Notes under the pieces: generated by a model | Told to the model about the DNA's origin: nothing | The model's database searches: none | Seen by the model: the letters and a program-made list of their open reading frames with translations, nothing else | Shown: one piece after another, positions 54,957 to 64,000 of the stretch | Position numbering within the stretch: position 1 is the first letter of the stretch | How the letters are laid out: every line of letters begins with the position of its first letter | Origin: Octopus vulgaris | Lineage: Eukaryota | Assembly (NCBI GenBank): GCA_951406725.2 | Contig: OX597822.1 | Span: 101,122,001 to 101,186,000, forward strand | Direction of reading: 5' to 3' | DNA: 64,000 nucleotides | Translations under genes and position numbers: made by a program

Positions 54957-55256
54957 GAAGGCATGCGACTTAGTGGTTAGGGCATTCGGCTCACGATCGA
55001 AAGGTCGTGAGTTCATTTCCCGGTGATGCGTTGTGTCCTTGAGTAAGACACTTTATCTTACGTTGCTCTTGTTCACTCAGCTGGCAAAAATGAGTAGTAC
55101 TTGTATTTCAAAGGGCCAGCCTTGTCACTCTCTGTGTCACGCTAAAAGGTACACGTGTCTGCGGAGTGCTCAACCACTTGCACATTAATGTTCCGTGTAA
55201 GCTCTTCCGTTGAGCTATCAGCTAGGACCCTCGTCGTCATAATCGACAGAGTGCTC
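54957..55256 (+). mobile_element. SINE family A2, diverged
   Basis: matches 33093-33411. Confidence 0.85.
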
Positions 55257-55280
55257 CTTTCATTATATATATATATATAT

Positions 55281-56975
55281 CAATTTTCAAACGATATAAA
55301 AATATGTACACTATAAAGGGTGTATTCAAAATTGGTGTGACCGCCCTTGCTTTTAATGACTACATTAAGTCTTCTGGGCATAGAGTCGACTAAATTTCCA
55401 CATATAAGTGATGAAATCGATCTCCATTTGTCCTGGATGATATCTTTCAACCGTGTTACATTGCGGGGTTTTTTCTCCTCAACCTTCGTTTTCAAAACAC
55501 CCCACAGGTCTCCTATTGGGTTTAAATCATGCGACATGTTAGGCCAAGGCAATACCTTTGCCTTTTTATCTGATAAAAACTTAGTCGTCATCTTTGAAGT
55601 GTGTTTGTTTAGAGTCATTATCAGTTTGGAACATGGAATGTCTTCCTAGTTCCTTTATGCTTTTCAAAATTTTTTCTGTAATATGTCATAATAAAACCTT
55701 GAATCTCTTTGTTCTCTCAATAAATGTGAGTCTCCCACACCAAGCGCTATCATGCATCCCCTGAGCATTACACTTTTGCCGCCGTGTTTCACGGTAGACA
55801 CAGTACATTTGTCGCTACTATCTTCACCTGGTCGTGGCCATACTCGTGTAGTACCATCTGACCCAAACAAATTGATTTTAGTCTCGTCAGAAAAAAGAAT
55901 TTCATTCCAAAACTCCTTCTCCTTACTCACATAAGTTTCGGCAAATGAAAGACAACTTGGTTTATGTCTGGTAACGAGGAGAGGCTTCCTACGAAGAATG
56001 CGTCCATGAAAACCACACTGGTTCAAACCCCGGTGAACTCTTTGGGCGGATACACTCTATCCAGTAACAGAAGACACATCTTGGGCCAAAGATGAAGCGG
56101 TACGACACCTGAAGCCCATGACGCAACGTTGGATATGGTAAATATCACGCGCAGTAAGGCGGCGAGCTGGCAGAAACGTTAGCACGCCGGGCGAAATGCG
56201 AAGCCGTATTTCGTCTGCCGTTCTGAGTTCAAATTCCGCCGAGGTCGACTTTGCCTTTCATCCTTTCGGGGTCGATAAATTAAGTACCAGTTACGCACTG
56301 GGGTCGATGTAATCGACTTAATCCGTTTGTCTGTCCTTGTTTGTCCCCTCTGTGTATAGCCCCTAGTGGGTAGTAAAGAAATAGAATATCACGCGCAGTT
56401 AAAATAGAAGGACGCCATGGACGATGTTTGTTGCTTAGCCGTCCAGTAGCTTTATACTTCTGAATTACTTTGGCGACTGTGTTTACGTTAATATGTGGAG
56501 GTTTGCATTTTAACATATCTTTCTTGTGCAAATTAAAAATAATTTTGTTTCAAATCTTCAGACAATTTTTACCTTTTTGTTGCCATTTTAATCACAATGA
56601 AGAAAGTTTTCACGACGAGATGCAAAGCAGAATTCCTGCAGATGCAATAACAATGACCGGTGCAAAACTGCCAGAAAAGTAATTTATTAGAATTGAAATT
56701 ATCAGCGATTCGATTTGGTTAAAAAAGAAGTGGATAAAATATTGAATATAGCAAATTTCCTTTAGTGTGTGCATGTTTCTGTAACGTTTGAAAATTAATA
56801 TTTCGTTCATATCTTTGAATATGTTTATTGCTTTTTGTTTCAAACTCATAAAATATTTGCATGTATAATATATTTTATTCAGTATAAATTTCGTTTGTTT
56901 TTCTTCGATATTATCAGAGTAATGGCAATTTTTACTGAAAAATTTTAGGGGTGTACTTACTTTTGTGAGATACTG
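55281..56975 (-). mobile_element. Tc1-family DNA transposon with degenerate DDE transposase; one end truncated
   Basis: minus-strand peptides RRKPLL, ILFSDETKINLFGSDG, TVKHGGKSVM.RGC, VLPWPNMSHDLNPIGDLW, LVDSMPRRL.VVIKSKGGHT; TIR TA|CAGTATCTCACAAAAGTAAGTACACCCC at 56975. Confidence 0.92.
56156..56384 (+). mobile_element. SINE family C inserted in the Tc1 transposase, 15-bp TSD
   Basis: TSD aatatcacgcgcagt at 56141-56155 and 56385-56399. Confidence 0.95.
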
Positions 56976-57059
56976 TATTTTCCAAAGAATCCTGGATACC
57001 AGCCTTATGAGCCAATGGTTCAGGAAGGACATTCGATCGAATTCCAACGTTGATATATA

Positions 57060-57462
57060 TCTTTTTCTACTCTAGGCACAAGGCCCGAAATTTATGGGGA
57101 GTGGGGCCAGTCGATTAGATTGACCCTAGCACGCAACCGGTACTTAATTTATCGACCCCTGAAAAGATGAAAGGCAAAGTCGACCTCGGCGGAATTTGAA
57201 CTCAGAATGTAAAGACAGACGAAATACCTATTTCTTTACTATCCACAAGGGGCTACACACAGAGGGGACAAACAAGGACAGACAAACGGATTAAATCGAT
57301 TACATCGACCCCCAGTGCGTAACTGTTACTTAATTTATAGATCCCGAAAGGATGAAAGGCAAAGTCGACCTAGGCGGAATTTGAACTCAGAACGTAACGG
57401 CAGACGAAATACCGCTACGCATTTCACCCGGCGTGCTAACGATTCTGCCAACTCACCGCCTT
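57060..57462 (-). mobile_element. dimeric SINE family C with two different tails, 14-bp TSD
   Basis: TSD aacgttgatatata at 57046-57059 and 57463-57476; first unit has the type-1 tail, second has the type-2 tail. Confidence 0.88.
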
Positions 57463-57698
57463 AACGTTGATATATACATCAATTCAGTTTGGTAGTGAAC
57501 TCGTAGTTAGCTTTATAGAGCTCACCCACGTATATCGGCAACAAAGTGCAGTTTCACAACGAAAACAGATGAAGATACATCCGGAAATTCCTGAATATCC
57601 TTACAGTAGATATAAAAAAGTTGTAAACAAGACAGTGATCATGCTTTATTGCATATCACAATTCTTTCATCTTCGCTTTCAACCGAAATATTACTATC

Positions 57699-58085
<387 letters not shown>

Positions 58086-59399
58086 GACGCGCTGTTGTTA
58101 CTGCCTCTGCCGCTGTTTACCTTTATTCCTCTCTTTTTCGTGTTTATTTAGACTCATCTCATTTTGATCGTCACCGGCTTAATAGTTACTGATCGTGAAA
58201 AAAGTGTATGAGTGTACTTACACACGCAGACACACACACACACACACACACACACACTGACATCTCGAGTTTCGAAAAACGTACATATATTTTCAACACG
58301 TAGCATATACAGACGATGTAATCAATGCTCGCTTTCTTACAATCTGCTGTTGATTTCTATAGACTCATTTACGGTTTAAGTCTTATGCCAGAACCTGGAA
58401 CACATTTCAGCCTAAGTTCTTGTCTTCTGAACTAACGAAGCGTGTTCCAGCCCTACAGCTACTTTGTTCATTTGCCTTAGATATTGGCCGTTTTAGAGAG
58501 ATTTTATTGCTTTCTATGAACATTTTATAGTTTTAGTACCAGTATTGTTTTTAAGTATTTATTACACGTTTGGTTTGAATTTCTCTTTATAATGATGTTT
58601 ACCCTGTTTTGTCGTAGGCAGATTTGTTGAAGAATATACTCCACGCAAAAAAGAAGACTGTCTTCTTCAAGTCTTCTAGATATTTGCGTTAGCTGAAATT
58701 TATTCTCAACTAGATATTTTTATAATCCTATATAAGCTGTTTTAGATTAATTTCTAATTGTCTATGATGTCTTTTACCTTAGCTGATATACTCTAGATAT
58801 GTCTGGAGATTGTGTACTGCATTCTAAATAGAATTGTCTTATCTTTTTTGCTTCCAATTTGTTTTTGTAATTCACTCGTTTTCCTATTTAGATATTTAGT
58901 TCAAGCTTATCAATAGTGTTGACACCTATTATCTGACTTTACGCATCTAGTTCATTTTTAATTGACGAATTTATATTTTCCTACCTTATGTTCTCATTCC
59001 TGTATATTGTAAAATGTTCTACTTTCAGGATTCCCGGCTTTGTCATTGGAATACCTGTTCTAAATCTTCATAAAGCTGTACAACTCAATCACTGATTATT
59101 CGAAATTATAAGTGAAGATTTTGTTATATTTTTATATTTTGGGATAGTCAATTTTTTCTGCCAAATAAACACACGCGCTATATATTCGTTTTTTCACTTC
59201 AGATTTATAATTGTTATTATTTTATGTCCTTTACCTGGAAATCTTTGTGGAGATCTGGAAAACACACACCCTAGGACCTCTTCAGCGACTCTCCATCCCA
59301 CTTGTAACTGAAGATTATTTAAGGAGAAAGACTGGGCTGATCATGACGTGTATTGATTATCAAAAGGTTTCTGAGTAGATCCTGCAACCTGTAAATTCT

Positions 59400-60170
59400 G
59401 GAAACGTTAGTCATGAGTAGTTTAGTATTTTGTGGGTACTAGAACTAATAAACAACATGTCTTGAATGAATTATAAAAACAACCTAAACCCATCTCCATT
59501 AAATGTGAAATATTGCAAGAGGACTCCTTACCACTCCTTTTATGCCTCAAACTAACATATTTAGCCAACATGATAAATTACACTGAACTCAAATGTATGT
59601 ACAGTAGGACACTAATCAATCAATTCTTTATTTGGATGACCTCCAGTCGTATTGTTCATACAAATGTAAACATTGCTTTACAGAGACAATTGAATCAGTA
59701 GAAGAATTGACATAAAATGCAGTTTCGAAAAATGTACAAAAGCAGCAACAACAACAACAAAAAAAAGAGCGACTGAGAAATAGACCAAACATAGACATAT
59801 AAGTACTTAGGAATTAAACTTTGTATAAACATATGCTGAGGGAACATATGCTGAGGAAGAAGCAGTAGAAACGCATTAGATTAATAGTAAAAATAGCTAA
59901 AGAGCAAAAATAAGGTAATAAAAATCACTATTTTAGTTGCTCCAGTAAAGAAAGCGATACAAGAAAAAAAAACAGAAAAATAATAACTTGAATGTCAAAG
60001 CAGAAAGGTTATATCTACTGAGAATTAAAGGGCAATGTGGAAGGAAGCAGAACACAATAACAAATTTAAGTATCAATCGTATGCCTCAACGCAACAGGCT
60101 TTTGAGACTAGAACCTGTTTGGATTTCTGAGGTGTTTATGCTACTAAGAGTAAAAAACGCCCGCCACTGA
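59400..60170 (+). mobile_element. very degenerate R4/Dong-like RT remnant
   Basis: LQEDSLPLLLCL (QGD.LSPLLF-like), INQFF.WM, atgcagtttcgaaaaatgt, YKYLGI. Confidence 0.45.
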
Positions 60171-60284
60171 ACAAAATGCCAGTTCATTGCAGGCTTATCT
60201 CCCCTCATTTGCAGTTGAGTGGATTAGAGTGACAGGAAATGAGATACCTTAATCAAGAACTCCATACACCGTGAGTTCGACCCT

Positions 60285-61742
60285 AGTTCTGCTGAAAAGT
60301 TCAAAGGCTAATCAAGATACTCTCATGGAATGTGACAAAATGAGGTTTATTTTTCCACTTAGTCATCCACACTTCTTCCATTGGTGTTGCAATGCCTGAT
60401 CCAGTTGGTGAAGAAGCTTTCATGTTGTTGGTAAAAAAAGTCATCAACAACAGATGTGATGTCATCATCACTGCCATACGAGTTCCCAGCTAAGTGGGAT
60501 TTTCATGTTGGAGAACAGATGATGGTCAGATGGGACCAAATCAGGAGGATAGGGAGGATGATCAACCAGTTCAAAAACACAGTCACGCATAGCAGCCATT
60601 GAACAAAGGACTTGGGTGTTGGAGCATCGTCCTGATGAAACAAGGCCCCTCTCATCAGTTCCCTTGGGTGTTTGGTTTTCATAGTCTCTAGTAACTGCCT
60701 TAACAAATTGGAATAGTACATTCCTTTAATGATGTGGTCCTTTTGAAAGTAGTCAATAAAATGCCTTTTCCCTCCACTAAAAATGAGGTGATCATCTTCC
60801 ATGCAGATAAAACGACCGTGGAATTCCTTGGAGCAGGTGAGGAAAGGTGTTTTCACTGCACACATTGCCTCTTTGTCTCTGATCCAAAGTGATGAACCCA
60901 TCATTCATACTGGATTAAACATTAAAACAAAAATCCGTTCAAGAAAACCGGTTTGATCTGCTCCTAGTATTGCCAGATTCTCCTGTGATGTGATTAACCC
61001 GATGCGCTTTTGATCAGATATCACATGACGTGGCACCGAATGAGCTAAGTTAATTGTGAAAAATATTCTCACTTCTATTTCGGGATATGCTATTAGAATT
61101 GGCTCTTGGAGTTATGGTCAATCGCCTGTTATCCATCAGCATGTGTTGAACACGATCAAGGTTCCCTCGGTGGTGGCAGTTGCAGGACATCCAGACCTTG
61201 GGTCATTTCAGAACTATCCTTTCCGTTCGTAAATTAAGCCGCCCACTTTTGTACTGTTGATAAAGTTGGAGCGTCATCCTCTGACGCAGCAACCATGTCA
61301 GCATGGATATCCTTAGGAGCTAAACAATTTTGCTGCAGATACTTGAAAGCATCACAATGCAAAATTTTACCCACTTCCTGAGAGGTTTGTTACTAGTTTT
61401 TCTTCGAAATCTTTGAACAAATTTTAGTTTACCTGGAAAGAAACAATGCAGTTATAAGTAAGAAAAGTTGAAATTAATGAAAGATTTCACAACTCTACGA
61501 GGGTTGTTCAAAAGTTCCTGGCTTTAAGGAGATCGCGAAAGACCTGGTTGGGGGCCCAACCTTCCGAGTTCTGTTACAGGGCTTAGAAAAACTGAACAAC
61601 CGCTGCAGTAAGTACGTGAATAAAATCGTAAGTATCTGATCCTCCTGTAGTTTCTTTTACCCAAAGCCAAAAACATCTCAGCACCCCCTCGTAGTATCAC
61701 TCCTTTATTGTCAGGCTATGAACTTTTCAGCCCACATTCGTA
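60285..61742 (-). mobile_element. degenerate mariner transposon
   Basis: minus-strand peptides KYLQQ..PKDIHADMV..DDAP..STVQKWAA, LFHQDDAP, HPPYPPDLVPSDHHLFSNM; imperfect TIRs gctgaaaagttca at both ends. Confidence 0.85.
61496..61693 (+). mobile_element. mariner-derived MITE nested in the mariner
   Basis: TA|cgagggttgttcaaaagttcctggcttt ... aaagccaaaaacatctcagcaccccctcg|TA. Confidence 0.8.
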
Positions 61743-62298
61743 CCTAACGATTGTCAGCTCAGCAATCTTAGCACTATGCTACGCACATTCATTATTATAT
61801 TTTATAGAACTACAAAAATACCTAGGAAAGAATTAAGAAAATTATTCATTCAAACAAAAGCCGTTTTCTACTTTTAAGGAAGCCAACAAATAGAATAGCG
61901 ATCAGAAACTAGTAGACTGCTAAGATAAAAATGAAGAATGAATCAGAGAAACTACTAATAGGCTAACAATGAAACTATGACATTATCCAATGTTTGTGAA
62001 CATTTTTGGAAATTGCTAGAATCAAAACAGAAATGAATAGTAATTGTATTGTGGAGCATGATTTCAATTTTACAGAAATCAGTGTTTATTTGATTGTATG
62101 CTAAAGTACTTTTGTAAAACTAAAATTTTGTTTGTATTCTCTCTCCAGCAGCATATTTTCTGTCACAGACATACATATGCACGCTGCTCCCTCCACAGCT
62201 TCTGATTATAAAACGCCATTAAAAGCGTTGTCTCACAAAGGCTCTCAAAATATGAGTCATTTAGGCTCCATGTCCAAGAAATGTACGTAACACCGCCC

Positions 62299-62332
<34 letters not shown>

Positions 62333-62531
62333 ATGTATGTTGTTTATTCGCATACCTGACAACCCTGGCTGCCAACCGTGAAATATAAAATATTTTTCAG
62401 CTTCGATACGGGAAAAATTCACAACCTTCCACCCCAATAAACCACTATTGTTCCTGAAAATTGTTGTTTTATATTTACTAAAGATTGCTTGAAGCTCACT
62501 TTCTTCCTACAGTTCGATCCTTGCATCTTAA

Positions 62532-62574
<43 letters not shown>

Positions 62575-62822
62575 GATATATATGTATATCTTTCTCTCTT
62601 TCTCTCTCTCTATTTATAATGTTGAATCGAATTGATTTTATTATTATTATCTATCTGAAAATATAGCCATGAAACGTACGTAGTCTTTTTACTACTATTT
62701 ACTATTTATTGTACTATATTGATTTTTAAAATAAGTTTTTTTTTATAGTCTATGTTTTCTATATGGTGTGAATAACATTCTTCTTTATTGAATTGTTTAA
62801 TAGTGGTTTTTCTCTAAATTAT

Positions 62823-62853
<31 letters not shown>

Positions 62854-62856
62854 CAG

Positions 62857-62893
<37 letters not shown>

Positions 62894-62959
62894 GATATAT
62901 ATATATACATATACATATACACTCCTCATTCCCCCTTTTTATCTTTGCAGATTCTAGCT

Positions 62960-63306
62960 GGTACTTCAAATTTGTTTACATGTTATCATTATTTTCATTT
63001 CAGTAGCAAAATTCATGGCGATTTAACAAAAGTAGTCTGACTCATTTGGAGTTGCTCTACAGCATCAACTTATTATTTTCATCAATCCTCTGGACAGACT
63101 GAATGTACCTATCTGAGAGCTCCTGCCAGACTGAGCAGGATGCTGTTGTTTTCTTACCTTTGCTGGTGAATTATATTGTCATTCTGTAGATTGTGCCAGG
63201 AGAAATCCCAAGGTTTTTTTGCAATCTTACGTTGGCTAAGTTCACTCTCAGATTTACTCACAATGCACCTTCACTGAAAATCTTTTGCGTCTGGTATTCC
63301 CAGCAT
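62960..63306 (-). mobile_element. degenerate Tc1-like transposase N-terminal (HTH) fragment
   Basis: minus strand ..ELSQRKIAK.LGISPGTIYR.. resembles the Tc1 paired-like HTH. Confidence 0.5.
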
Positions 63307-63504
63307 GGCTAATTGCTATAAACAATAATTATTCTACTGTAATCTAAAATGTAAAAGAATAACACATTAACAAATTTGATGTATCAAGATGTGTCCGTAC
63401 AGATAAAGCGGTGTAACCAGAGGAGTGTCTATTTACTTTGGGATGTCTGTGTACATACATGCATACACACGTTCATTCATTCATCCATACATACGTTTAG
63501 GTAT

Positions 63505-63730
63505 ATGTTTGTGTGTGCGCCTTTGTGTTTTGTTTTTTTTCTTCTCGATACCGTTTGACAAACAATGTTGGTTTGTTAACATCCCCACAACATGCCGGAT
63601 CAGCAAAAACGAAGGCGATACTGTAAGTACTATATTTTAAATAAAATGAGTATTGAATTAATTTGGTTAAATGAACTTCTCCAGGTGATACTTCTGCCTG
63701 GACGCAGTCAAATGATTGAAGCGAATAAGG
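63505..63730 (+). mobile_element. degenerate SINE family B, 3' half
   Basis: ttgacaaac..gtttgttaacatcccc..cagcaaaaacg..taagtact..gcagtcaaatgattgaa. Confidence 0.6.
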
Positions 63731-63791
63731 GTACATATATCTACATAAGTTCTATATAAATGTGTGTGTATATATATGAGATCAAACAGAA

Positions 63792-63794
<3 letters not shown>

Positions 63795-63888
<94 letters not shown>

Positions 63889-63939
63889 TATATAATATAT
63901 ATATATATACATACATATATATATAATATATATATATAT

Positions 63940-63972
<33 letters not shown>

Positions 63973-64000
63973 CATACATATATATATAATATATATATAT
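63795..64000. repeat. (TA)n microsatellite
   Basis: direct reading. Confidence 0.95.

Noticed and set aside
58330-59330. Possible minus-strand LINE remnant
   Set aside because: Lys-rich, broken reading frames with no motif I can identify confidently.

Overview
AT-rich, microsatellite-dense eukaryotic non-coding DNA. The SINE and microsatellite make-up looks like a coleoid cephalopod, most likely Octopus; this is an inference from repeat style, not a database result. I recognise no host protein-coding exon, and most ORFs in the track are artefacts of (TA)n, (CA)n, (TATG)n and (TAA)n repeats. The window is a layered set of mobile elements. LINEs: a nearly complete CR1-group ORF2 (APE+RT, two frameshifts, 51372-54448), RTE-clade fragments, and R4/Dong-type restriction-like-endonuclease fragments sitting in (TAA)n. 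DNA elements: Tc1 and mariner remnants, MITEs and a non-autonomous Helitron. SINEs: about 40 copies of four tRNA-like families, labelled A, A2, B and C here. Three signals stand out. (1) Several hammerhead-ribozyme-like motifs of Penelope pLTR/retrozyme type, including an ~810 bp fold-back of ~325-bp units whose consensus gives a type I minimal hammerhead with palindromic helix III (12534-13347). (2) A LINE-SINE partner pair: the CR1-group LINE and SINE family B share a 3' double hairpin with compensatory substitutions. (3) Family C SINEs mobilised as TSD-flanked multimers with a fixed junction. Coordinates were read by eye and may be off by a few bases.
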